A stretch of DNA of 62,951 nucleotides, counting the filler, from Octopus bimaculoides (lineage: Eukaryota), in the NCBI RefSeq assembly GCF_001194135.2. It is 5 parts of 5 records of this genome, joined end to end, with 100 filler letters (N's around TTAATTAATTAA, not from the genome) between each part and the next. Parts side by side here need not be neighbours in the genome. Positions count along the whole stretch, not along the records: positions 1 to 30,905 come from NC_068983.1; positions 31,006 to 44,921 come from NC_068985.1; 3 more parts are not named here. One strand, written 5' to 3'. Below, one piece after another: positions 26,943 through 37,821 of the stretch. The notes beneath the pieces are model-generated. The model was not told the DNA's origin, searched no databases, and saw only the letters and a list, made by a program, of their open reading frames with translations. Position numbers and translations under genes: made by a program. Position 1 is the stretch's first letter. Each line of letters starts with the position of its first letter.

Positions 26943-27339
26943 TTTTACTCTTTTACTTGTTTCAGTCTTTTGACTGTGGCCATGCTGGAGCACCGCCTTT
27001 AGTCGAGCAAATCGACCCCAGGACTTATTCTTTAGAAGCCTAGTACTTATTCTATCGGTCTCTTTTGCCGAACCGCTAAGTTACGGGGACATAAACACAC
27101 CAGCATCGGTTGTCAAGCGATGTTGGCGGGACAAACACAGACACACAAACACATACATATACATATACATATATACGACGGGCTTCTTTCAGTTTCCGTC
27201 TACCAAATCCACTCACAAGGCTTTGGTCGACCCGAGGCTATAGTAGAAGACACTTGCCCAAGATGCCACGCAGTGGGACTGAACCCGGGACCATGTGGTT
27301 GGTAAGCAAGCTACTTACCACACAGCCACTCCTACGCCT
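26943..27339 (-). mobile_element. SINE family A, young full-length copy
   Basis: Complete colinear copy with CpGs retained. Confidence 0.92.
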
Positions 27340-27374
27340 ATTCAAAAAGTAAGGTCAAGTTCGCTACAGGGTCC

Positions 27375-27713
27375 ACTGGTTACAACGATGAGGGTTTCAG
27401 TTGATCTAGTCAACGGAACAGCTTGCTCATGAAATTAACATGCTCGTGAAATGAACACACAAGTGGCTGAGCATTCCACAGACATGTGTGCCCTTAACAA
27501 AGTTCTCAGGGAGAGTCAGCATGACACAGAGTGTGACAAGGCTGGTCCTTTGAAATACAGGTACCACAGAAACAGGAAGAAAGAGTGACAGAAAGTTGTG
27601 AAAGAGTACAACAGGGTTCACCCCCACCCCCACTCACAACGCCTGGTTTGGGAATCAAAACCACGATCCTACAACTGCGAGTCCATTGCCCTAACCACTG
27701 GGCCATTGCGCCT

Positions 27714-27716
<3 letters not shown>
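27375..27716 (-). mobile_element. SINE family C
   Basis: Ends cctaaccactgggccattgcgcctccac, as does the 50692 copy. Confidence 0.88.
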
Positions 27717-27783
<67 letters not shown>

Positions 27784-28421
27784 NNNNNNNNNNNNNNNNN
27801 NNNNNNNNNNNNNNNNNNNNNNNNNNNNNNNNNNNNNNNNNNNNNNNNNNNNNNNNNNNNNGTTGCAGTACACACACACACACACACACACATACCCTCT
27901 GTATCCTTACTTTTTGTAGAAATATTGAAATGATTCATCAGTATTAGATGTAATTGTTCTTTTCCTTCCCCATCTTTACTTTGGTAACTATGTTTTCGCT
28001 AAGCTCACCTCTAGCATAATTAGATCTCCTACATAATCAAAACTATCAACTATACCTTGTGAAATATTTTAGCCATTGATGGATTCCAGTTCATGAATAC
28101 CTCTACTGCTATATGACATAGGGCATTTAGTATAGATATTATGGTATACCTAGTATACTCTGGTACCTATACTAAATGCTCTATGTTATTATGCTTATAG
28201 ATTCACTCTGTCATTTACCAATGTTATATAACCATATACCAATCAACAACTCTTGCTTTTTATACACTATATTATTTGTCTGCTATTAGCCACTAAGTCA
28301 GTTTTAGTAAAGTATGTAGTAATTGTCATTCTCAGTAGCTACAAACATCACTAAAGTTGACATCTGATATGTTTCCCTGGACCTAGGTATATACACAGTC
28401 TTACCACTTCCTTTGTCATCT

Positions 28422-28647
28422 TTAACCCTTTATTACACTGGCTACATTCAGCCCAAATATTCTACCCTGTTTTTTGTTCAAATTAGCCAGATTTAGCCTC
28501 TTACACTTATCCTATAATGTCATTCTGAAAACTAAACAACTGCATCATTGAAATCTTGAAGCTTCATGATAATGTATGATTAATTCAAAACAAAGTGAAT
28601 AAATAAGCACTGCATTTAACAGAATAATCTCAATGCTAAAGTGTTAA
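28422..28647. mobile_element. TTAA MITE, copy 2
   Basis: ttaaccctt...aaagtgttaa; homologous to 3845-4065. Confidence 0.75.
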
Positions 28648-28869
28648 AAACTTTATTGCTAGCATTAGTAATAGGATCTCTAACCTTTTTTATATATCTA
28701 AAGAAATTTTTGATAAGACATACCCCTAGTGTGATAATACCCTGGCTGACAGTGGCTTTAAAGGAAAGATATACACTTTGACCCCAAAAAGAACCAAGCT
28801 TACAAATAGATCTAGAAAACTTATATGGTTTGCTCACCCGTTCTCCTTCATGTTAGGACTAATGTAAAT

Positions 28870-29696
28870 GCCATAGAAACCCATGTAATTTATGCATATT
28901 TTTTCACAAAAATAACAATAAACTTTAGGGGTGCATAAATTACATGAGTGGATTGTTTCCAGAATTTTTTTTAGAAATATTTTTGTTGGAAAAATGGCAT
29001 ACAAAACATAAACATTTGTACTGGAAGTCGATCCATTTAATGTCAGAATAGGTTTTTACAGGAAAAATAAGGGCTTAAATATAATGAAGTTGACTTTTAT
29101 TTAAGCTGAATGGTATAATGTTTGCTTCTTCTGCATAAATTTACTAAAACCATCAAAGTGTTAACTACTTTTTGAAGTCTGACGTTCATGCAGGTAATCA
29201 CGGTCTGGGCCATATTTTACATATTTTACTTGGTTGAGTAAAGTGTCATCCAAGCTGATGTTTATTGGTAATTAAACTTAAATTGCAACACTTGTGCATA
29301 TTTATCAGCTTTGTTTTTGTTGGTAATTCTTATCAACAGCTTTTCTTGTGATGTGATTTGAGAAGAAATACAGCAGTATGCTAAAGACTGGAAATAATCT
29401 CTTGTGGGCAAGAAATGTAAAATAAAGTTTATTATAAAGAACACAAACTCTTTGTAATTTAATAGCTTCTAATGTGGTACCTGTTAAACAGAGATTATTT
29501 TTATTTAATAGAAATTTAATAAAATCTAATCATAAGTAAGTGAAATTATGCTAAATACAACTAAACTGAAAATTGGCAATTCTGAAAACTTTTGGGTGCA
29601 AATTTTACATGAGCAGAAGCTTTTTAAAACAATTTTTATCCTGAAAATCACTTGCATAAATTACACAGGTGCACAAATTACATGGGTTTTGACAAT
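28870..29696. mobile_element. Non-autonomous TIR DNA transposon (Tc1/pogo-like ends)
   Basis: aaacccatgtaatttatgca (28877-28896) vs tgcacaaattacatgggttt (29670-29689), 19/20 inverted match; internal repeats of gtgcataaattaca. Confidence 0.72.
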
Positions 29697-30300
29697 AAGA
29701 AATTCCTAGCCCTGATAGATAAACATTTCCCTGACAGCCATAGATAAAAAAAATGTTCAATAAATGCTCTGTGAAAGATTCCTACAGCTTCAGCTCTAAT
29801 ATGAAAAATATCATTTCATGTAAGCCAATCAAAACATCTACTTCAGACTGCAACTATAAGAACTCAGATACTTTCCCTCTAGACCCGGTATGCATAGTTA
29901 GCCCAATTGTCTATGAAACCAAGGTCACTGAATAAGGGAACCAAAAGAAAAAAGTATACTGGGCTGTGCAAAAGTGACTTCAAAACGAAATATGCTACCT
30001 ACCAAACATGTTGACAAAAAAAGAAAAGTGCAAAGCTGGTAAGCTATATATATAACCAGAAGGACAGCAGTATACTACACATCATCGAGTGAAGCATTAT
30101 AGAGAGATCTAGGCCATGCATTAACGGGTCAAAAAGAGCAGGCTCTGTATAATTGAAAGAGCATACATCCTTATTAGATCAAAGAACTGCACTGACCTTC
30201 TAAACTCAAGATCACTAGATGTATGCATCTTGACAAGTTTGTGTTGTAGGACTGGATAATGCAGCCCCACACACCTCACTGGATCAGATACTCGGTTTAA
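29697..30300 (+). pseudogene. PLE thumb/GIY-YIG remnant (different lineage from 15604-18403)
   Basis: KFLALIDKHFP, MFNKCSVKDSYS..SNMKNII, CN...FPLDPVC...IVYE, YTGLCKSDFKTKY. Confidence 0.75.
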
Positions 30301-30669
30301 CTCATTTTAGCCTTTCTCCCATCAAACTTCTCCTATTAGGCATAATTGTTTTAGATGTAAACACTCAAAATTAACAGAAATCGTCATTTAATAGATCAAA
30401 GGGACATAACCTAGATTCCATGAAGGAATTTTCTACCTTTCCTTTAAAACGTTTCTTGTTGTTTTCTTCTCAAGGTTTTCACATTTCCTCACAGGGCAAC
30501 CATGTCATTTGGCTTTGAATGATTCACAGATCATGCCTGGTATGTTATACGAGCCTGTCTGATTGCTGCATTATCCAAAGAGAAAACTTGAAGTAGCTCA
30601 TGTATAACTCTTGTATTCATTATATGATAGTTTTCTCTTACTGAATTAAATACTTTTGATATAGCATCA

Positions 30670-30905
30670 TACAACGTGGAAGACAATTGGAGATTTCTGC
30701 GGGACAACCTGTTGAAAGCCACCGACCAGATTTGTGGGTGGTGTAAGGTCCCCTCCCAACCCAGAGTAACGTGGTGGTGGAACAAGGAGGTAGACAGGGC
30801 TATTAGACAAAAGAAACAGGCTTGGAAGGACTGGAAGAACGGTGGTAGCAGGGAATTGTACCAATGTGCCAGAAGGGAGGCTAGGCGACAGGTTTATTTA
30901 GCCAG
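30670..30905 (+). pseudogene. Young RTE LINE fragment, cut by an assembly gap
   Basis: DQICGWCKVPSQPRVTWWWNKEVDRAIRQKKQAWKDW, open frame. Confidence 0.85.
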
Positions 30906-30949
30906 NNNNNNNNNNNNNNNNNNNNNNNNNNNNNNNNNNNNNNNNNNNN

Positions 30950-30961
30950 TTAATTAATTAA
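30950..30961. other. Assembly linker TTAATTAATTAA (also 44966-44977, 56652-56663, 59983-59994)
   Basis: The same 12-mer sits inside N padding each time (N44+12+N44 = 100 at 30906-31005) and has stops in all six frames; not biological sequence. Confidence 0.95.
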
Positions 30962-31005
30962 NNNNNNNNNNNNNNNNNNNNNNNNNNNNNNNNNNNNNNN
31001 NNNNN

Positions 31006-31455
31006 TATAGTCATAATGTATGTATGCCGTTTCAAAGGTATCTATATAAAATTTCATTGAAAAAACCCCCCCATTTTCCTAAAAGTTATGAGGGAAAAAC
31101 TCGGATTTTGTGAATTTTCCGAAAGTCCTCTTCCCACCTCAAGATTTTCCCCACAAATTACTTTATAGTCATAATGTATGTATGCCGTTTCAAAGGTATC
31201 TATATAAAATTTAATTGAAAAAAAAAAACCATTTTCCTAAAAGTCATGAGGGGAAAACTCGGATTTTGTGAATTTTCCGAAGTCCTCTCCCCACCCCTTT
31301 GGAAAAGATTTTCCCCACAAATTTCTTTATAATCGTAATGTATGTCGTTTGAAAGATATTTCTATAAAATTTCATTGAAAAAAGCCCATTTTCCTAAAAG
31401 TTACGAGGGAAAAGCTCGGATCTTGTGAATTTACCGAAGTTCTCTCCCCACTCTC
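31006..31455. repeat. ~155-160-bp tandem array, 3 visible units
   Basis: tatagtcataatgtatg...cattttcctaaaagt...ctcggattttgtgaatt...gattttccccacaaatt repeated from ~31006, ~31164 and ~31328. Confidence 0.9.
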
Positions 31456-31890
31456 CCATTGCTTTGCGCGCATTTTTTTTCTTCATATTCCTTTCCTACA
31501 CATTGTTTTACACCCATTCCAATTATTTTTTGTTTGTTTGTTTGTTTGGGATTTTCATTTCCGGGTCAAGATGTAAACATTAACCAAACTTTTTTCTTTG
31601 TTTATTTTTTCTCTCCCCATTTGCTAGTGATGCCTACGTTGTCTTTGATCTACTCGAGAGAGCTGAACAATCTAACACATACTCATATACATACATGCAC
31701 GTACACGCACGCACGCATTGCTGATCAAAGACAATGCCGGCATCACCAGCATACGAAAAAAAAATTGAAGAAATAATAAAAAATGTTCCGGCCATTGTTG
31801 AACGCAAAGATAAAACAACTATAAAACATGATTTTCATTTGACACTTGAGAGAGACTATCTCCGAAACATAGCCATAGGAAAGAATTACA
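31006..31890. mobile_element. Probable Helentron-associated (HINE/DINE-like) element carrying the tandem array
   Basis: Core tandem array, then a 28-bp inverted repeat around a microsatellite-like spacer (31623-31750), then a terminal segment; left end lost in a gap. Confidence 0.45.
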
Positions 31891-31894
31891 TTCT

Positions 31895-32003
31895 TTTATT
31901 CTTTTACTTGTTTCAGTCATTTGACTGCGGCCATGCTGGAGCACCGCCTTTAGTCGAGCAAATCGACCCCAGAACTTATTCTTTGTAAGCTTACTACTTA
32001 TTC
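31895..32003 (-). mobile_element. SINE family A, 3' fragment
   Basis: cttttacttgtttcagtcatttgactgcggccatgctggagcaccgcc... Confidence 0.85.
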
Positions 32004-32004
32004 T

Positions 32005-32141
32005 AGGTACTACTAAAGCAGCGCGGACCCGAACGCGCAGTCGCGCGTCCGCGCTGGCTAGTCTTGAGTGGTCGATCCTAACCCTAACCCTATCCCTAAC
32101 CCTAACCCTGTCCCTAACCCTAACCCTATCCCGCGTGTGCA
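32005..32141. mobile_element. End of a GC-rich element with a hairpin and telomere-like CCCTAA repeats
   Basis: cagcgcggac/gtccgcgctg perfect 10-bp stem (32019-32056); three 18-bp units (CCTAAC)2CCTRTC at 32077-32130; runs into a gap. Confidence 0.65.
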
Positions 32142-33618
32142 NNNNNNNNNNNNNNNNNNNNNNNNNNNNNNNNNNNNNNNNNNNNNNNNNNNNNNNNNNN
32201 NNNNNNNNNNNNNNNNNNNNNNNNNNNNNNNNNNNNNNNNNNNNNNNNNNNNNNNNNNNNNNNNNNNNNNNNNNNNNNNNNNNNNNNNNNNNNNNNNNNN
32301 NNNNNNNNNNNNNNNNNNNNNNNNNNNNNNNNNNNNNNNNNNNNNNNNNNNNNNNNNNNNNNNNNNNNNNNNNNNNNNNNNNNNNNNNNNNNNNNNNNNN
32401 NNNNNNNNNNNNNNNNNNNNNNNNNNNNNNNNNNNNNNNNNNNNNNNNNNNNNNNNNNNNNNNNNNNNNNNNNNNNNNNNNNATATATATATATATATAT
32501 ATATATATAGTTTATTGCAAGTAATTGACTACAATACTGAACATTTATTGCTATTCCACAAGGAACTACTAACTATAATTACTAAAATTAGTGTGTTAAA
32601 ATACTGAATTCTAGTTAAGAACTCGCAAATGGTGCCCTCTGTGTGGTTGATTACTCTGCTAGAAATCGTAGTCCATCAAATTTTATTATTCTCTTCTCCT
32701 AAATTGAATCCAGTGCTTGACTAGTACTTTATTTTACCAAATTCTGACCCTGGAGGGATCAAAGACTAAAGGTAAGTTCAGAAGTTTTTGAACTCAGAAC
32801 ACATAAGATTGTAACTAAATACTGTAAAGCATTTTGTTTAATGCTGTAACAATCCAGCTAAGCCACCAATTCACTACTTCTCTCTAATCACACCCTAAAT
32901 TAATATCTAGATATTAAAAAAAGGGACATGTTGGATTATGGATTACTTACAAGGATAGGATGGTTCATAGCTGGAATGGCTTCAATTCTAAGTTTGACTA
33001 ATCAGGTCACTGCTGACTTGGGGTTCTACTGTAGGCACAAGGCCTGAAATTTTAGGGGAGGGAGCAAGGCGATTGAATCAACCCCAGTGCTTAATTGGTA
33101 CTTATTTCATTGAACTTGGAGTTAAATAATGACAACAGAAAGGAAAAAAATTAGGGACTAGATAAGGCAGTAAGAGGATTAATTGATTATTATAAAGTGC
33201 TATTAAAATCAATAGTGAAAGTATATGTAGCTTGTAATAGTAAAATACTCAGTGTAATACTGAAGGGTGTCCAAAAACAGACTGAGCAGACGAAAGAGCA
33301 AGAAAAGAGTACAATGTGTGTAGATTGTCACTGCACCTAATACAATTCATCATTCCATGTCAGAGTATGAAGTATGGTTCTAAGTGAAGTACAGACGTAG
33401 AAGGAAGAAGGATCTTGTGGTCCCATTGACTATCTGCATGCTATAGGACTAACAACTAAGTTGACAATTGTTGGTGTTGCTCTTTTAGCCTTAATCTGCT
33501 CTAATCAAGAAAACCTGTGATCAAATGTATTCCAGTTACATCTACTATATTTCTCTTTTGGTGCAGTGAATCTAAGACTGGACTGTCCAGCATGTCCTTT
33601 GGTAAGATGCTAGGATGG

Positions 33619-33895
33619 GAATATCGGCCTTTTCCGTAAAAAGTGTTGGAGAGAAACGGAAACAACGTCATAAAAGCGAAAGACATACAGAGAGCGCGAT
33701 TTATTTTGAAGGGTTTAGGGTGAGGGTTAGGTTTAGGGTTTGGGTTACAGAATTCCGTCCCTAACCGTAACCCTAACACCCTAACAGTAAAACCGTAACC
33801 CTAACACCGTAGTGAAGATCGTGCGGGTGTTACGGAAAAGGCCGATCTTTGGTAAACATCGCCGAAGACAATTTTTACGGAAAAGGCCGATATTC
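33619..33895. mobile_element. 277-bp MITE with 28-bp TIRs and internal inverted telomere-like arrays
   Basis: gaatatcggccttttccgtaaaaagtgt vs acaatttttacggaaaaggccgatattc (27/28 inverted); internal degenerate (AGGGTT)n facing (AACCCT)n; no clean TSD. Confidence 0.8.
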
Positions 33896-33903
33896 AGGAC
33901 TCG

Positions 33904-33980
33904 TATCGAAAGATCGCTACGTATAATATGGCGGGTAAAGTGAAGCAGATGGCACCAACTATCATCGCACGTATAATATG
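33904..33980. promoter_or_regulatory. Possible CpG-rich promoter-like segment with a YY1-type motif
   Basis: AATATGGCGG at 33925-33934 (reverse complement CCGCCATATT fits CCGCCATNTT); direct repeat atcgc(t)acgtataatatg; no transcript evidence. Confidence 0.2.
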
Positions 33981-35201
33981 TACTTATACGCAGTTTGTAT
34001 TACTGCGTGTTTGTTTGAGAGAGTTATAGTTTTATAGGTTCCCTCACAATCTTCTACTGCAAAAATGTTCAGTTTATTAATTAAAAAGATTCATTAAAAT
34101 GAAGTAAATCACCAGCGTTTTCGATTTATTACTCTTATTAGTTATTGACGATTTTTTTTTTTTTACTGATTATTAACAGTCATTTCTTTATCTTTCATTT
34201 TTAACCAGAATAGGGTTGGCAGATTAGAAAATTATATATATATGAGACACTCTTAAAATCTCAGTGTGTGTGTGTATATATATATATATTTAAATTTGCA
34301 CATGCCTACACACCCAGAACATTATATTATATAACAGTAGAGACATAAGTTAAAAACATAAAGCAATTATTTTAATGGGTTATGAGAAAAGTAAAAATAA
34401 AATCATTTCAAATTTATTTAATACAAGCTAAAATAAAATTCTGTTAAAGTGAAATAATTTTAAGATATTTCTTTAATACAGACAACAGAGATATAAGCAA
34501 AAAAAAGTCTTAAATCGAAACCATTGTAAATTTTTTAATTTCATGACAATATATAAAAAAAAATTTAATGTGAAAGCATTTGAATATTTTTATTTGATAC
34601 AAGCAATATAGATAGCTAAAAGAAATACTGAGAAAATGAAATCATTGCAAAATTCTTATTCAGTAGAGACAACAGAATAATGCAAAAGAAATGATTTATG
34701 AAATTATTATTGAATGCAAACAATACAGAAAATAATCTAAAAAGTTGTATTTCATATCGAGAACATGAAAAGAAACAAAACTGATAAACTTATATGCAAC
34801 ATTTTCTTAACAGACCGCACGAGAATTAAACTTGAACCATTACCTTTAGTTATATTTCATTGATTATTTGGCTTTTGTTAACAGGTCCTTGTTCTCTAAC
34901 ACATGCCTTATTCTTAGCACAAGTCATTCTTATTGCAAGTCGTATTTTTTGAACGTCTATTGAGTTGTATTGAAGTGTTGATTTTTGTGCTGCTTTGCAG
35001 CGGTTTACCGGTTGTGTTTTCTGTTTCAAGAGAGATAACGATGACTAATGAAAAAAATGTTCTATTCGGACCTCAGCGGGTCGGAATTGACCACTTCGGA
35101 GGAGTAATTAGTAAAGGCAGTAAACAGAATGAACAGATGTCTTGGAAAAAAAAAAGAGCCGCTGAGGTAACGGAGTTAAAAAAGAATGAGATTTGTCTAA
35201 A

Positions 35202-36441
35202 ATGGAAGAACATCAAAAAACGGCACATAAAGTAGGTGGTAGCGTCGAGTTGTCGCCTCCACAGAAAGTTATGGAGGACATGATGAAGAAAACCATTGTG
35301 TATAAAGTTTATTCAGTGGAACAGAAAAAGGTAGACCAAGTAGAAGCCGAAACAATTGAGAAGGCATTGTGCGCGGTATCTAAGGATATAGTGTTTTTGG
35401 CAAGGGGAAGCAAATATGGGACGGTGGTAGTCCAGTTCAAGACGGAGGAAGTAGCAAGGAGGCTGGCTGTAAACACGGTGAAGTCGAATAAAGTGGTCCT
35501 TCTACCCATGTATCTTAGAAGGAGGACATCCAAGATTAGGGTGGAGGGAATCTCGCCAGACATAGATGTGGCTNNNNNNNNNNNNNNNNNNNNNNNNNNN
35601 NNNNNNNNNNNNNNNNNNNNNNNNNNNNNNNNNNNNNNNNNNNNNNNNNNNNNNNNNNNNNNNNNNNNNNNNNNNNNNNNNNNNNNNNNNNNNNNNNNNN
35701 NNNNNNNNNNNNNNNNNNNNNNTGTGGAAAGGAAAAACTTTATAACTTATTGTTCAGTCTGAAGTAGAATGCTTGGAAGTTTTTGCGGAGACGGTGACTG
35801 TAGGAGACATAATCTTGAGAGTGTGGGTGGAGGGCAGAATCCCTCGCTGTTTTAAATGTGGCTAAAAGGGCCACATGAGAACACGCTGCCCTCTGCAGAA
35901 GCATAATCTGGAAAAAGTGGATAAAGAGTCGGAGAAGAAGCAAGAGGAGGTACAGATGGAAGAAAGGAAAAAGGAAGAATTATGGACAGTGGCTGAGGGA
36001 AGAAGGAAAAAGAGGAAGAAAGGACAGTGTGATGTGGAATCCCAAGCTATCCCCACCTATAATCTCTCATACCCACCCATTCCCTTTCTTCACAATGTAA
36101 AAAAAAAACAGTCGTCACAAGATACATCCCCCCCCCCTCGTGAAAATAGCTATGTATGTGTGTTAACTGAGGATGTGGACGAGGAACTGATAAATGAGGT
36201 AACAAGGTGGAAGACAGCAAAATTTGTGGATGTGGAGGGATATACTAATGCTGAGAGTTGGCACATGTGTGTGCTGGTGTCTTAGAGCTTGAAGGAAGTA
36301 ATTGCAAAACATAAAAAAGATTATAAGTATTGGAAGACTGATGCGAACCTGAAAAGGATACCGGTAAAAGTAGGATATGAGAAACTGAGAGAAAAATTCA
36401 GATTGGACGTTTTGAAGGACTCGGGATTCAGAAGGAAGTAA
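35202..36441 (+). pseudogene. LINE ORF1 (gag-like: RRM-like region plus CCHC zinc knuckle)
   Basis: ATG at 35202; ...GTVVVQFKTEEVARR...RRTSKIRVEGISPD [gap] ...RVWVEGRIPRCFKCG*KGHMRTRCP; in-frame stops at 35863 and 36283; final stop at 36439; no ORF2 seen. Confidence 0.75.
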
Positions 36442-37552
36442 GTGATGCTGCTTGAGGTGGGGCAAGCGGCTCATTTTCATGTAGCATTATGTTACCATAT
36501 TTTTAACTTTATTTTTTTCGTGTTATGTGTCCCCACATGTTTTTGTATTGTCCGTTTTATGTCGGCCCCTTGTGAGTGATTAAAAATTACCTTGTTTTCT
36601 AATACATGCCTATAAAATTCTTTACATTGGTAGTTAAGGTTCAATGTGCATTGTAAGATAGCTTCATCAGTAGCCACGTCCAACTTCGTTCTTCAGTACA
36701 CTAAACATTCATCGTCGAAAAGACACGCTCAATATTAGCATTATGCACTGGTGTGCTAAATAAGAACTGTCACAAAATTAACTCGGAGTATTCTTGAAAT
36801 TCAATCTGCACAATTTCATAGCACAGTTTGGTCTTCCATTCTTCATGTTTGATCTGCATCTCTCTAGCAAAGAGTGTTTTAAATTTTGACTACTGACAGA
36901 AAAGACTGTTGTCATCAATTTTTATACCTTTGTTTTTTTAACACTAGACAAGACGATTCTATATGTTCCCATGCTGGAACTGAATCTAATAACATCCATG
37001 TAAAGTTATCAAAATTTTCAATAGACGAAACCCATTTCTCAAGATAGTCATGGCAAGTGCCATAGTAGTTATCCACTTCAAGTAGAAATTTCTTTTTCTC
37101 TTCAGATTTGACATCGTCAATATTAAGGCAATCGTTCACTCTAAGAGGAATAAACTTTTCGTTAATTCTTTCCTTCATAACTGCAACGTGTTCTTTTAAA
37201 CAGCCAAGCACGTCAATAATGTTGTTTTCTCTCTTTTTGATCTTCATAATCCTATTGCTAAAAATATATTCAAAACTGTGAACAAGATATAAGTAAACTT
37301 CGCTCAGCAGATTATTGAAGAATTATACAAGAATTTGGGGGACCTTTTTTTCTTCAGAATCAAAAGGAGATTTCAGTTCTTTAAATAACCTTCGGATTCT
37401 CTCAACTGTTCTCATCAAAGAAAGCCAACGAGTTTTAGAATGTGAGAGCATTGAGGCATACTGCACACCAACAAACTCGCAGAAATCTTTCAACTTCCCA
37501 TATCGAACAGTATAAATACTAAAGTATGAAAACAATTTAACAATTACTTCAA

Positions 37553-37821
37553 CAGTTCTATATTTAAGAGATGAAGAATTATGTACATTATTTACATTTT
37601 ACCCCTGCGGTTGCCCCTGTGGTTAAGAGCGCGGGCTACTAACTCCAAGATTCCGAGTTCAATTCCAGACAGTGACCTGAATAATAATAAAATCGAAAAA
37701 TACCTTATGAATGAGAACCCAGGTTCGAAATTTCCCCAAGACACCTGATGAAGGCTGGAGGGTGTATCAACCGAAACATTGTGTCAACAACAAACAAGAT
37801 GAGGACAAATGTAAATAATGT
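37553..37821 (+). mobile_element. SINE family D: tRNA-like head + (AAT)n + hammerhead-bearing tail, with inverted 3' segment at the 5' end
   Basis: 11-bp TSD aattacttcaa (37542-37552 and 37822-37832) restores the transposase frame; B-box gagttcaattcc; homologous parts at 55015-55107 (head) and 56030-56176 (tail). Confidence 0.85.
37740..37785 (+). ncRNA. Type I minimal hammerhead ribozyme motif
   Basis: GACAC-CTGATGA-A-GGCTG-(10 nt)-CAACC-GAAAC-AT-T-GTGTC: stem I GACAC/GTGTC, both core boxes, stem II 4/5 here (5/5 in the 56056-56075 copy); activity not shown. Confidence 0.65.

Noticed and set aside
28838-28858. 21-nt minus-strand micro-exon (PNMKEN)
   Set aside because: Splice-like dinucleotides of this kind occur by chance and it abuts a transposon end; no support without RNA data.
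30950-30961. TTAATTAATTAA motif recurring four times
   Set aside because: Always embedded in fixed N padding; a scaffolding linker, not genomic DNA.
32077-32130. True telomere or chromosome end
   Set aside because: Short, regularly interrupted, internal, and attached to a TE-like hairpin terminus.
37617-37675. Functional tRNA genes in SINE heads
   Set aside because: Only A/B-box similarity, embedded in multi-copy SINE bodies; I could not fold a complete cloverleaf.
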